Source of the DNA: an uncultured Pseudomonadota bacterium
GTDB lineage: Bacteria > Oederibacteriota > Muellerivitia > Muellerivitales > Muellerivitaceae
DNA: 64,000 nucleotides
NCBI GenBank assembly: GCA_963843375.1
Contig: CAWJKT010000010.1
Coordinates: 105,424-169,423, forward strand
Direction of reading: 5' to 3'
In this document: positions 1 through 10,437 of the stretch, in pieces
Layout of the letters: every line of letters starts with the position of its first letter
Position numbering within the stretch: position 1 is the stretch's first letter
Notes under the pieces: generated by a model
What the model was told of the DNA's origin: nothing
Seen by the model: only the letters and a program-made list of their open reading frames with translations
Databases searched by the model: none
Made by a program: the position numbers and the translations under genes

Positions 1-43
1 GGCATGGAAGGGGTCGTGGGTTCGATCCCCATCGCCTCCACCA
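1..43 (+). tRNA. tRNA-Ala(GGC), 3' half (window starts at the anticodon)
   Basis: GGC-ATGGAAG anticodon arm, T-arm GTGGG-TTCGATC-CCCAT, acceptor end CTCCACCA with encoded CCA; matches the layout of bacterial tRNA-Ala(GGC). Confidence 0.85.
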
Positions 44-111
44 TTCTTTCTTGATGTTCAACTGATGGTCTTGAGATCAAAAAAGAGTCGTGTTTCTCAA
101 CTTGGATTAAC

Positions 112-147
112 AAAAAAGCATCCGCATTAAATGGCGGGTGTTTTTTT
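112..147 (+). terminator. Intrinsic terminator after the tRNA
   Basis: A-tract, GCATCCGC/GCGGGTGT stem, T-tract. Confidence 0.7.
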
Positions 148-449
148 GTTTTAGCAACATCCGAACCTAGGTTTTAATCGTTTTTTTAGCAAGCTTATCC
201 AAATTAACTCTTCCTTTTTCATCATTTAACTTACCCTTTTTCAATCAACTTTTTAAATGTTAGTCGAACACCCTTACACGGGGTTCGTTCTTCGAGAAAG
301 AGAAGGCCTTGCTAGGTATTTATTGGTTGCATACTATAAAATGACCATCGATTGAAAAATGTTTAAAAACCGGATTGTATTCTTTTCCAAGAATTACTTG
401 AATTTAGCTTGGTTACTTCAGGAATATATAAAACCTAAGGCGCTGAAAA

Positions 450-1595
450 ATGAGATCACGGGAAGAACTTGAAATAATTGAAGAACAAAGCCTGGCCTCG
501 TACGCTCAAAAATCCAGCCGGAGTAAAGGGCGTCAATACCCGGAAGCGGAGCATTCCTATCGAACAGCCTTCCAACGGGATAGGGATAGAGTCATTCATT
601 CTTCCGCCTTCCGACGCCTTCAATATAAAACCCAGGTGTTCGTCAATCACGAAGGGGATTACTATCGCACAAGAATCACCCACACGATGGAAGTCGCCCA
701 GATAGCCCGCTCCATAGCCAGAAGCTTGGGATTAAATCAGGACTTAACTGAGGCCATTGCGCTGGCCCACGACTTGGGCCACACTCCTTTTGGCCATTCC
801 GGAGAAAAAATCCTTAACGAGATTATGAAAAGTGATGGCGGGTTCGAGCATAACGCTCAAAGTTACCGGATCGTCACCCATTTGGAGGACCGTTATCCGG
901 ATTTCCGGGGACTGAACCTAACCTATGAGGTCTTGGAGGGGGTGGATAAGCATCGGACAAGGTACGACAGACCGGGCGGGGATGGGGAACAATATACTCT
1001 GGAAGCTCAAATTGTCGATTTGGCCGATGAGATCGCCTATACCTCCCATGATATTGATGACGGACTTACATCGGGTCTGCTGGATTTCGAGGGACTGAAT
1101 GAAGTTCCGCTTTGGAAGCGGAACATGGAAAAAGTAAAATCCCGGCACCCTCAACTCAGTAAAGATAAAATCAAATATCAAACCGTAAGGTTTTTAATCG
1201 ACGAACAAGTCACGGATTTGCTGGATGAGACCGTGAAGCGCATTGAAAAATTCAAGGTGCAATCGGTCGATAATGTCCGGAAATGCTTGGAAGAGTTGGC
1301 CTCCTTTTCGAATGATTTTCGCCAACAGTTTCTGGAAATGAAGAGTTATCTTTTTCAACATATGTACCGCCACAACCGGGTCACTCGGATGGAGGGCAAA
1401 TCAGCCAAAGTGATTCAGGAACTTTTTAAACTTTATGAATCCGATCCAACGATTCTGCCAACAAATACCCGGGAAAAAATCAAAAATAAGGCTGAGCCGG
1501 TAAGACGCATTATTTGCGATTACATTGCCGGCATGACGGATCGTTTTGCCATCGAGGAATTCGAGAAATTGACCGAGCCTTCCATCCGGGTTTAA
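450..1595 (+). CDS. dgt: Deoxyguanosinetriphosphate triphosphohydrolase (HD-domain dGTPase family)
   Basis: FQRDRDRVIHSSAFRRLQYKTQVF, RTRITHT, HDLGHTPFGHSGE, DYIAGMTDRFA motifs. Confidence 0.93.
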   Translation: MRSREELEIIEEQSLASYAQKSSRSKGRQYPEAEHSYRTAFQRDRDRVIHSSAFRRLQYKTQVFVNHEGDYYRTRITHTMEVAQIARSIARSLGLNQDLTEAIALAHDLGHTPFGHSGEKILNEIMKSDGGFEHNAQSYRIVTHLEDRYPDFRGLNLTYEVLEGVDKHRTRYDRPGGDGEQYTLEAQIVDLADEIAYTSHDIDDGLTSGLLDFEGLNEVPLWKRNMEKVKSRHPQLSKDKIKYQTVRFLIDEQVTDLLDETVKRIEKFKVQSVDNVRKCLEELASFSNDFRQQFLEMKSYLFQHMYRHNRVTRMEGKSAKVIQELFKLYESDPTILPTNTREKIKNKAEPVRRIICDYIAGMTDRFAIEEFEKLTEPSIRV

Positions 1596-1614
1596 ACGCT
1601 TCTCCCGGGGCCGG

Positions 1615-1644
1615 TTGACAGCCCTCTTTCTTTAACATTAAGAT
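1615..1644 (+). promoter_or_regulatory. Putative sigma70 promoter for the arg operon
   Basis: TTGACA (1615-1620), 18 nt, TAAGAT (1639-1644). Confidence 0.5.
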
Positions 1645-1652
1645 GCCTCCAT

Positions 1653-1695
1653 AAGTCCCCGTAAGCAAAAGGCTCACGGGGGCTTTTTCATTTTT
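1653..1695 (+). terminator. Terminator-like hairpin between dgt and argD
   Basis: AAGTCCCCGT/ACGGGGGCTT stem followed by T-rich tract. Confidence 0.6.
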
Positions 1696-1712
1696 GAGCG
1701 AGGATCCAGACC

Positions 1713-2916
1713 ATGGAAACATTCCAAATTATCCAAAACGGTGACGATTATCTCCTGCCGGTTTATAACCGGCAAAAGATTGTCCTCATGCGTGGAGAAG
1801 GGGTCCATGTTTATGATTCCGAGAGGATGGTTTACCTCGATTTTTTTTCCGGAATTGCCGTAAACGGCCTGGGACAAGCCTATCCCGAGGTGGTCAACGC
1901 CATTATCGAGGCAACCAAGAAACTGGGACACGTTTCCAACGTTTATTACAACGAAACTAATGTTAAGTTGGCAAAACTATTGTGCGAAATTTCCTTTGCC
2001 CAAAAAGTATTTTTCTGTAATTCGGGCACGGAAGCGGTCGAGGCTGCCCTCAAACTTTCCCGGAAACATTTCAGGCAGCAAGGGAAAGATAAATTTGAGA
2101 TTATTAGTTTTTATCATTCCTTCCATGGAAGAACTTATGGTTCGATTTCAGCCACCGGACAAGTGAAGTACCAGGAGGGGCTGGAACCGCTCCTGCCGGG
2201 TATCAAGTTTGCGACTTTCAACAACATCGAAAGCGTGAAAGGGTTGATCACGGATAAAACGGCCGCCGTCATTATCGAACCCATTCAATGCGAGGGTGGC
2301 ATTCAGCCCGCCGACCCGAAGTTCTTAAAAGAATTACGGGACTTGACCAGGGATAAGGGAGTTCTTCTGATTCTGGACGAGGTCCAGACGGGTTTGGGCC
2401 GGACAGGTAAAATGTGGGCCCACGAACATTACGGGATAGAGCCGGACATGATGGTTTCGGCCAAGGCGCTGGGCGGCGGGCTTCCCATGGGGGCTCTTTT
2501 AGTGACCAATCAAGTTAGCCATGGTTTCAAACCGGGAGACCACGCTTCCACTTTCGGCGGAAACCCTATTGTCAGTGCGGCGTCCATCGCCACCATTGAA
2601 GCCATCCTTATGAAAGACTTGGTGACTCATGCGGCTAAAATGGGAGAAAAATTAAAACAAGGGCTGGAAGGTATCCAAAGGGAATATCCCAACCTCTTCA
2701 CCGAAGTAAGGGGTATCGGATTGGTCCTTGGAATGGAAATGACGCCGAAAGGCCGCCACGCTGGTTTCCCATTGCGCCAAATACGGGTTATTAGTTGGTT
2801 CAGCCCATGAAAATGTCCTGCGATTTTTGCCTCCGCTTATTATCACCCAGTCGGATATTGACCAGGCATTGGACAAACTGAAAAAAGCCATCACTGACGA
2901 TCTTAAGTCAGTCTAA
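1713..2916 (+). CDS. argD: Acetylornithine aminotransferase (frameshift near 2760-2800, probably sequencing error)
   Basis: [44 protein letters not shown]; C-terminus ([10 protein letters not shown]...KSV*) lies in another frame ending at 2916. Confidence 0.9.
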
Positions 2917-2925
2917 GGACACTCC

Positions 2926-3861
2926 ATGGCCACTTTTCCCAAACACTTATTAACGTTAATGGAATTATCCCCAGGGGAAGTTTCGGATCTTCTGAATCTG
3001 GCGGCCAAAATCAAGAGGACACCAGATCAGTACTCCGAAACCCTGAAGGGCCAATGCCTGGCCATGATATTCGAAAAAAGCTCAACCCGGACGCGGGTTT
3101 CCTTTGAGACTGGAATGGTCCAACTGGGCGGTCACGCCCTCTTCATGAACAAGCAGGATCTTCACCTCGGCAAGAGCGAAACTGTGGCGGATACCGCCAG
3201 GGTCCTTTCGCGTTTCGTGCAGGGGATCATGATCCGGACTTTCGATCAAGAAACTGTTGAGGAACTGGCCCGGTTTTCGACTGTTCCCGTCATCAACGGA
3301 TTGAGCGACAGCCACCATCCTTGTCAGGCGCTCGCGGATTTGCAGACCATCCAGGAACACTTCAAGAAATTGAAGGGTCTTCAAATCGTATTTATCGGAG
3401 ACGGCAACAACGTCGCACATAGCCTAATGGTGGGTTCGGCCAAAACAGGGATTCATTTTAAATTAGTCTGTCCCGTGGGCTATGAACCCGATTCTTCGAT
3501 CCTGGCTTATTCCCAAAAAGAAGGGAAAAAAAGCGGAAGCCGGATAGAAGTGACTCATCAGGTTCAAGGGTCGGTTCAAGGGTCGGATGTGGTTTATACC
3601 GATGTTTGGACCAGCATGGGACAGGAAACCGAAAAAGCGAAAAGACTTAAAGATTTCAAAAATTTTCAAATCAACGAAAAACTTATGGCCCAATCTCCGA
3701 AAGCCATCTTCTTGCATTGTTTACCAGCCCACCGTGGGGAGGAAGTGAGCGCCGGGGTGATGGATGGAAAACAATCGAGGGTTTGGGACGAGGCTGAAAA
3801 CCGACTTCATGCCCAAAAGGCCTTGCTGGTGACTTTGATGGGTAAAAGAGGAAAAAAATGA
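2926..3861 (+). CDS. argF: Ornithine carbamoyltransferase
   Basis: STRTR, HPCQALAD, SMG loop, HCLPAHRGEE. Confidence 0.96.
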   Translation: MATFPKHLLTLMELSPGEVSDLLNLAAKIKRTPDQYSETLKGQCLAMIFEKSSTRTRVSFETGMVQLGGHALFMNKQDLHLGKSETVADTARVLSRFVQGIMIRTFDQETVEELARFSTVPVINGLSDSHHPCQALADLQTIQEHFKKLKGLQIVFIGDGNNVAHSLMVGSAKTGIHFKLVCPVGYEPDSSILAYSQKEGKKSGSRIEVTHQVQGSVQGSDVVYTDVWTSMGQETEKAKRLKDFKNFQINEKLMAQSPKAIFLHCLPAHRGEEVSAGVMDGKQSRVWDEAENRLHAQKALLVTLMGKRGKK

Positions 3862-5069
3862 GATCGCATATTAAAAAAGTAGTTCTTGCTTATTCCGGGG
3901 GGCTCGATACTTCCGTTATTATTCCTTGGCTAAAGGAAAATTATCGCTGCGAAGTGGTAGCTTTTATTTCTGACGTTGGGCAAGGAAAGGAAGTGGGCCC
4001 CGCTCGGGCCAAAGCTTTACGAACGGGAGCCATCAAGGCCATCGTAAAGGACCAGAGAAAAGAATTCTTGGAGGATTATTGTTTTCCGGCACTGCGGGCG
4101 CAAGCCAAATACGAGGGAACCTATTTGTTGGGAACTTCGCTGGCAAGACCGGTTATTGCCAAAGGCATGGTGGAAACAGCCTTAAAAGAGGGAGCCGATG
4201 CCATTGCTCATGGAGCCACCGGCAAAGGGAATGACCAGGTCCGGTTTGAACTGGCCGTGATGGCTTTGGCCCCACACCTGAAGATCATCGCTCCATGGAG
4301 GGAATGGGAAATCAAATCCCGGGAAGACGCCATTGATTACGCCCAGAAACATGGTGTGGAAGTACCGGTGACTAAAAAAAGGCCCTATTCGATGGATGGG
4401 AATCTTTGGCACCTAAGCCATGAAGGCGGGGAATTAGAAGATCCCTGGAACGCTCCATCCAAACATGTTTATTTGAATACCAAGGAACCCGCTTTGGCGT
4501 CGAAGAAGCCGCTGAATCTAATCGTTAGTTTTAAAAACGGTATACCCGTTGGGTTGAACGGAAAGAAGGTCGGTGCAGTCGCTTTGGTGGAAAAGATGAA
4601 TAAATTCGCTGCAAGCTATGGAATTGGCCGAATTGATATCGTCGAAAACAGGCTGGTTGGGATGAAAAGCAGAGGCGTTTATGAGTCTCCCGGCGCGACG
4701 GTTCTTTATGAAGCCCATCGGGCCTTGCAAAGCCTAACGGTGGAAAGGGAAATACTCCATCACAGCCAGGTCATGTCGGTTAAATACGCGGATCTCATCT
4801 ATAACGGCCAATGGTTTTCGCCTTTACGAGACGCCTTGGAAGCTTATTATCGTGAAATGCAGAAAAACGTAACGGGAGATGTCCGGGTGGAACTGAATCC
4901 GGGAAGGGTTATGGCCACCGGCGCCCGCTCGCCTTATTCCCTTTATCAACAAGACCTGGCAACTTTTGGGGAGGACGCGGTTTATGACCAACGGGATGCA
5001 GAAGGATTCATCCATTTGTTCGGACTGCCACTGATGGTAGTAGGAACTGTGAAAAGGAAGAACAAATGA
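3858..5069 (+). CDS. argG: Argininosuccinate synthase
   Basis: LAYSGGLDTS, HGATGKGNDQVRFE, ENRLVGMKSRGVYE. Confidence 0.97.
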   Translation: MRSHIKKVVLAYSGGLDTSVIIPWLKENYRCEVVAFISDVGQGKEVGPARAKALRTGAIKAIVKDQRKEFLEDYCFPALRAQAKYEGTYLLGTSLARPVIAKGMVETALKEGADAIAHGATGKGNDQVRFELAVMALAPHLKIIAPWREWEIKSREDAIDYAQKHGVEVPVTKKRPYSMDGNLWHLSHEGGELEDPWNAPSKHVYLNTKEPALASKKPLNLIVSFKNGIPVGLNGKKVGAVALVEKMNKFAASYGIGRIDIVENRLVGMKSRGVYESPGATVLYEAHRALQSLTVEREILHHSQVMSVKYADLIYNGQWFSPLRDALEAYYREMQKNVTGDVRVELNPGRVMATGARSPYSLYQQDLATFGEDAVYDQRDAEGFIHLFGLPLMVVGTVKRKNK

Positions 5070-6466
5070 AGAAGACGTGGGGAGGGAGATTCCGAAAATC
5101 AACCAACCCTCAGGTCGAGGCATTCACCGAGTCAATTTCGTTTGACCAGCGGTTGGCGTCTTTTGACATTGAGGGAAGCTTGGCTCATGTCCAAACCCTA
5201 GTCAAGGCGAGGCTTTTAAAACCCTCCGAGGGAAAAAAGTTGTCAACCGGTCTCCAAAAAGTGAAAAAACTCCTCAAGGCCAGAAAACTACCAATGGATT
5301 CCAGCCAAGAGGATATTCACACGGCTATCGAGAGTGCCCTTACCCGGATCGTGGGACCTTTAGGGGGAAAACTTCATACCGGACGATCCCGCAACGATCA
5401 GGTGGCAACGGATTTACGCCTTTATTTGCGTCATGCGGTTAATGAAGCGGTACAAGCTGGCATTGAATTGTTGGAACTCTTGACGAGGCTGGCGGTTGAA
5501 GAAAAAGACACTCTTATGCCGGGTTATACCCATCTTCAAAGGGCCATGCCTGTTACTTTAGGCCATCATCTGGCCGCTTATGCCTTCATGGTGACCCGGG
5601 ACATGGACCGGTTTCTTGTCACTTGGGACAGGGCTAACTCTTTGCCTTTGGGTTCGGGCGCTTTGGCGGGAACCAACCACCCTTTCGACCGTCTGCAAAC
5701 GGCCAAACTACTCCGATTGAAATCGGTCGTTCAGAATAGCCTGGATGCGGTTTCCGACAGGGATTCTTACGTGGACTTTCTTTCGGCCGCCGCCATTACA
5801 CAGATGCACCTTTCAAGATTTTCGGAAGACTTGATTCTATGGGCCAGCACCGAATTCGGCTTTATCGAAATGGACGATGCATTTTCGACCGGTTCCAGTT
5901 TGATGCCCCAGAAGAAAAATCCGGATGTGGCGGAACTTGTCAGGGGCAAGGCGGGTCGGACGATCGCAAACCTGACCGGGCTTTTAGCGGTATTAAAAGG
6001 TTTGCCTTTGTCCTATAACCGGGATTTGCAGGAAGATAAACATTTTGTTTTCGATTCGGCGGATACGGTTGTGGCATCGTTGAAAACCATGGCCGGATTT
6101 TTGGCCTCGGTAAAATTCAATCGGGAAAAAATGGGTCAAAAAGCCGATGAGGATTTGACACTTTTGGCGACGGATTTAGCAGATGTTTTGGTTTCTCAGG
6201 GCATGCCCTTCCGCCGTGCTCACGAGGCTGTGGGTCTAGTCGTTAATTACTGCCTGGAACATGGAAAGCGAATCCAGGATTTAAACGATCAAATCCTACG
6301 AAAGTTTTCCGATTTGTTTCCCAGGGGAACCGCCGAAAATCTTTCGGTGAATCATTCCGTCAATCAGAAAAAGACGGTCGGTGGGACATCACCGCAAAAC
6401 GTCGTGAAACAATCTGTTTTGTTAAAAAATGAAATCACTAAAATAAAAAAAAGATTACCCCTTTGA
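5066..6466 (+). CDS. argH: Argininosuccinate lyase
   Basis: WGGRF, HTGRSRNDQ, GSSLMPQKKNPD, YNRDLQEDK. Confidence 0.97.
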   Translation: MKKTWGGRFRKSTNPQVEAFTESISFDQRLASFDIEGSLAHVQTLVKARLLKPSEGKKLSTGLQKVKKLLKARKLPMDSSQEDIHTAIESALTRIVGPLGGKLHTGRSRNDQVATDLRLYLRHAVNEAVQAGIELLELLTRLAVEEKDTLMPGYTHLQRAMPVTLGHHLAAYAFMVTRDMDRFLVTWDRANSLPLGSGALAGTNHPFDRLQTAKLLRLKSVVQNSLDAVSDRDSYVDFLSAAAITQMHLSRFSEDLILWASTEFGFIEMDDAFSTGSSLMPQKKNPDVAELVRGKAGRTIANLTGLLAVLKGLPLSYNRDLQEDKHFVFDSADTVVASLKTMAGFLASVKFNREKMGQKADEDLTLLATDLADVLVSQGMPFRRAHEAVGLVVNYCLEHGKRIQDLNDQILRKFSDLFPRGTAENLSVNHSVNQKKTVGGTSPQNVVKQSVLLKNEITKIKKRLPL

Positions 6467-6473
6467 GGAATTC

Positions 6474-7722
6474 ATGACCGGGTTTCATTTAAAAAATAAC
6501 CACTGGTGTTCCGATGGAGTTATTCTTTCCACAATCGCGGAAAAAGTTGGAACGCCCTGCTATGTCTACAGCCTTCCGGCTTTTGAGGAAAGGTATCGGG
6601 AAATTGATCAGGCTTACCGATCCGTGCCTCATTTGGTGGCTTATTCCATGAAGGCCAACGGAAACCTGTCGGTTGTAAGCGCATTGGCCAAATTGGGGTC
6701 TGGGACCGACGTGGTTTCAGGGGGGGAATTGTTTAAAGCCCGCAAGGCGGGGGTTGCACCCAATAAGATCATCTTTGCGGGTGTTGGCAAGACCGATCGA
6801 CGAAATCGCTTATGGATTAAAAGAAGGCATTAGGTATTTCAATGTGGAATCCATTCCGGAAATCTTGGCCATCAACGATGTAGCACATAAAATGAAAAAA
6901 ATCGCGCCGATTGCCATTCGCTTTAATCCGGACGTCGATCCTAAAACCCACCATTACATTACGACCGGTAAAAAAGAGACTAAGTTTGGGGTTTATCTGG
7001 GTGATGTGGAAAAAGTCATAGAAGTTGTCCGCCAATGCCGGTGGGTTCATTGGACGGGTGTTCATGCTCATATCGGAAGCCAAATGACTCAAACCGGGTC
7101 GGTGGGCAAAGCCGCTAAAGTCATTGAAAAACTGGTCCTCCAACTTCGGCGGGAGGGTTTTCCCATCCATACCGTGAATTTAGGAGGCGGTTATGGAATT
7201 GATTACGAAGGCGAAAAGCCGCCCAAACCCTCCCAATACGCCGCCTTGGTTTTGCCAGTCATCAAGCGTTTGAATGCCACCCTGGTTTTGGAACCGGGCC
7301 GGTATATCTCTGGCAATTCAGGTGTGCTTTTAACCCGTGTCACCTATGTGAAACAAAGCGGGACTAAAACTTTCTACATTGTCGATGCGGGAATGGGGGA
7401 ACTCATTCGTCCATCTCTCTACGAGGCTTACCACCGAATTGCCCCGGCCATAGGCTCTCAAAAACCCGTTCAAAAGGTGGATGTGGTAGGCCCCATTTGC
7501 GAATCGGGTGACTTTTTCGCCAAGGACCGGCGACTTGCGGCGATGCAACGCGGGGATTTAATGGTTATTTTCTCCGCCGGGGCGTACGGCAGCGTGATGG
7601 GTAGTACCTATAACGCCCGTCCATTGCCGCCGGAAGTCGTCGTTCGAGGTTCCCGATTCCATGTGGCTCGCCAGAGACAAACTTGGCAGGATTTGGTCCG
7701 TTCGGAAAAAATTCTGTCCTAA
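6474..7722 (+). CDS. lysA: Diaminopimelate decarboxylase (one frameshift near 6795)
   Basis: YSMKAN (PLP lysine), HAHIGSQ, EPGR, GPICESGD, GAYG split over two ORFs. Confidence 0.93.
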
Positions 7723-7840
7723 GCCGGGTTTCAGAAAGTTCACTTGCGATAGCGGGAAAAATTCCCTAATATAACTTTCACACAACTCCAACCCCCAATC
7801 GGGGGTTTTGTTATTTTGGGACAAAGGACCGGTAAATCGA

Positions 7841-8737
7841 ATGTTTCGTGGAGCTTATACCGCGCTGGTGACGCCATTTAAAAATGGACAGGTGGATTAT
7901 GGAGCCCTTGAGGCTTTGATTGAAAACCAAATATCAAAAGGTATTGACGGTCTTGTGCCGTGCGGCACGACGGGGGAATCCCCCACACTGACGGAAAAAG
8001 AACACGGGGAAGTTATTGCCTTTACGGTAAAGACTTCCCGGGGAAGGCTTCCAGTGATCGCTGGAACCGGCTCAAACGCCACTGCGGAAGCCATTCAACT
8101 CTCTCGGCACGCTAAAGAAGTTGGCGCTGACGCGGTTTTATTGGTTTGCCCCTATTACAACAAACCCAGCCAAAGAGGCCTCATCGCTCATTTCACCGCC
8201 ATTGCGGATGCGGTGGTTATTCCCCAAATTCTTTACAACATCCCTGGGAGGTCGGTGATCAACATGACTCCTGAAACTATTTTCGAACTTTCAAGGCATC
8301 CAAACATCGTCGGCGTCAAGGAAGCCAGTGGTAACTTGGAACAAATGACCCGGATAAGAAGTCTTTGTGCCCCCGATTTTTCCCTCATCTCGGGGGATGA
8401 TACTCTCACCCTTCCCGTTCTGTCGGTTGGAGGCACAGGAGTCATATCGGTGACATCCCATATAATCCCGCAGGAAACTTCCCGAATCGTGCATTCCTAT
8501 CTTGAGGGAAAAACCGACGAGTCCCGTGACCTTTTTATGAAATATTTTGATTTGGTTAAAACGATTGTTACCGCCGATGTGAATCCGGTTGGAATCAAAA
8601 CAGCTCTGGCCCTCCGGGGACAGGTGGCCGAGGAATTCCGGCTTCCCCTGGTTCCCGCATCCCCCGATGCCAAGGAAACCATCCGCAAGCAATTGGACCG
8701 TCATGGATTATTGGCGCCTGCTGGGCAGCGCCGATGA
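7841..8737 (+). CDS. dapA: 4-hydroxy-tetrahydrodipicolinate synthase
   Basis: GTTGESPTL, PYYNKP, LYNIPGR, GVKEASG; start taken at ATG 7841. Confidence 0.96.
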   Translation: MFRGAYTALVTPFKNGQVDYGALEALIENQISKGIDGLVPCGTTGESPTLTEKEHGEVIAFTVKTSRGRLPVIAGTGSNATAEAIQLSRHAKEVGADAVLLVCPYYNKPSQRGLIAHFTAIADAVVIPQILYNIPGRSVINMTPETIFELSRHPNIVGVKEASGNLEQMTRIRSLCAPDFSLISGDDTLTLPVLSVGGTGVISVTSHIIPQETSRIVHSYLEGKTDESRDLFMKYFDLVKTIVTADVNPVGIKTALALRGQVAEEFRLPLVPASPDAKETIRKQLDRHGLLAPAGQRR

Positions 8738-9552
8738 GTGTGCGCTTAGCCGTATCCGGTGCTACGGGCCGGATGGGCCATACAATCCTTGAATTGGTTT
8801 CCAAAGACCCCCAATTTGAAATTACCGGTGCGTTAGAATCAAGTTCCCATGCGGCAGTTGGCAAAAGCCTGTCGGAAGTTTTGCCTTCCCTGGGAACGGG
8901 GTTTAAAGTCTCGGTAAATTCGGCCATTTCCCGATTGAATCCCAAACCCCAGGTTCTGATCGATTTCACCCAACCGGCGGCAACCTTGGGTTATTTAAAA
9001 GAGGCGGCGGCTTCCGGTATCGGATTGGTGATTGGAACCACTGGTTTTTCGTACCCCGAAAAAAAATTAATTCATGATGCCGCTAATACCATTCCAATAG
9101 TTATGTCCTCCAACATGAGCGTCGGCATGAACCTGCTTTTTGCCCTGGTGGAAGAAGCGGCGGCCAAACTGGGTCAAGATTACGATGTGGAAATCGTGGA
9201 AGCCCACCATCATTTCAAAAAAGACGCGCCTTCCGGTTCGGCTTTAAGCCTAGGGGAATCAGTAGCCCGTGCCTGGAAAGTGAACCTAAAGGATGTCGCC
9301 ACCCATGGCAGGGAAGGGCAGGTTGGGGAACGAAAAAAAGGAACCATTGGTTTTCATGCGGTCCGGGGCGGTGATATTGTGGGTGACCATACCGTCCTTT
9401 ACGCGGGCCAGGGCGAACGATTGGAATTGACACATCGGGCCAGTAGCCGGGAAGCTTTTGCGAGGGGAGCCTTAAAAGCGGCCCTGTTCCTTTCCACTAA
9501 AAGTAATGGATTTTATGACATGTTTGACGTCCTCAGTTTACGTAGTAAATAA
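8734..9552 (+). CDS. dapB: 4-hydroxy-tetrahydrodipicolinate reductase
   Basis: GATGRMG, GTTG, EAHHHFKKDAPSG, RGGDIVGDH. Confidence 0.96.
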   Translation: MSVRLAVSGATGRMGHTILELVSKDPQFEITGALESSSHAAVGKSLSEVLPSLGTGFKVSVNSAISRLNPKPQVLIDFTQPAATLGYLKEAAASGIGLVIGTTGFSYPEKKLIHDAANTIPIVMSSNMSVGMNLLFALVEEAAAKLGQDYDVEIVEAHHHFKKDAPSGSALSLGESVARAWKVNLKDVATHGREGQVGERKKGTIGFHAVRGGDIVGDHTVLYAGQGERLELTHRASSREAFARGALKAALFLSTKSNGFYDMFDVLSLRSK

Positions 9553-9559
9553 ATTTGAA

Positions 9560-9637
9560 CCGCCAAGTTCACCTAAAAAGACAACGAAATTGTTCCAAAC
9601 AAGTTAGGGATTTATTTTAACTTGTTGACCCTGGCGG
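9560..9637. repeat. Degenerate inverted repeat (REP/MITE-like) in the dapB-FAH spacer
   Basis: CCGCCAAGTTCACC (9560-9573) vs GTTGACCCTGGCGG (9624-9637), 11/14 complementary, AT-rich interior. Confidence 0.35.
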
Positions 9638-9655
9638 CAAAAGATTAGGTTCTTC

Positions 9656-10423
9656 GTGAGAATCTCGCGACTTCTTCATAACGGCAAACCCCGCTGGGCC
9701 ATGATGCTGGAATCCGGGGACACTTACCGTCTTTTTCATTCCGACGAACCCTGGAACGACCAGACTTTTGACCCCAAATCCTATCCGGTTCATTCCGAAA
9801 ACCTTTTGGCTCCTGCCCTTCCAAGTAAAATTGTCGCCGTGGGTCTGAATTATCGCGACCACATTCAGGAAATGAAACATGAGGACCACAAGGAGCCGGT
9901 TCTTTTCCTGAAACCACCCTCCGCTTTGTTGAAACCGGAAGGTAAAATCCTGTATCCTCCCTCATCTTCACGCGTAGATTACGAGGCCGAATTGGCTGTT
10001 GTGCTGAAAAGCCGCTTGCGTAAAGCTGGCCCCAAAGAAGCCCTGGAAGCCGTTTGGGGATTCACCTGTTGCAATGACGTGACGGCCCGGGATTTGCAGA
10101 AAACGGACGGTCAGTGGACAAGGGCCAAGGGGTTCGACAGCTTTTGTCCCCTGGGTCCCTGGCTGGTAACGGATTTTTTGGAGAAAAACCAAAAAATATT
10201 ATGCCGGGTAAATGGGGAAACAAAACAATCCGCGAAGATTTCCATGAGGATTTGGAACACGGCTGAATTACTTTCTTTTGTTTCAAAAGTCATGACCTTG
10301 GAACCCTTGGATGTCTTGACTACGGGAACCCCTTCCGGGATTGGGCCCGTAAATCCGGGGGATATCGTTGAAGTTGAAGTAGAAGGAATTGGCATTCTAC
10401 GAAATCAAGTTGCAGCTATTTAG
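9656..10423 (+). CDS. Fumarylacetoacetate hydrolase family protein
   Basis: VGLNYRDH, FLKP, DYEAEL, NDVTARDLQ, WTRAKGFD, TGTPSG. Confidence 0.92.
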   Translation: MRISRLLHNGKPRWAMMLESGDTYRLFHSDEPWNDQTFDPKSYPVHSENLLAPALPSKIVAVGLNYRDHIQEMKHEDHKEPVLFLKPPSALLKPEGKILYPPSSSRVDYEAELAVVLKSRLRKAGPKEALEAVWGFTCCNDVTARDLQKTDGQWTRAKGFDSFCPLGPWLVTDFLEKNQKILCRVNGETKQSAKISMRIWNTAELLSFVSKVMTLEPLDVLTTGTPSGIGPVNPGDIVEVEVEGIGILRNQVAAI

Positions 10424-10437
10424 ACGCGGAGGAACAA

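Noticed and set aside
1-449. tRNA-Ala as the integration site of an island
   Set aside because: No integrase and no duplicated tRNA 3' end seen; downstream genes are core.
450-1595. dGTPase as an anti-phage defence gene
   Set aside because: Short housekeeping-type protein in a core neighbourhood with no defence context.
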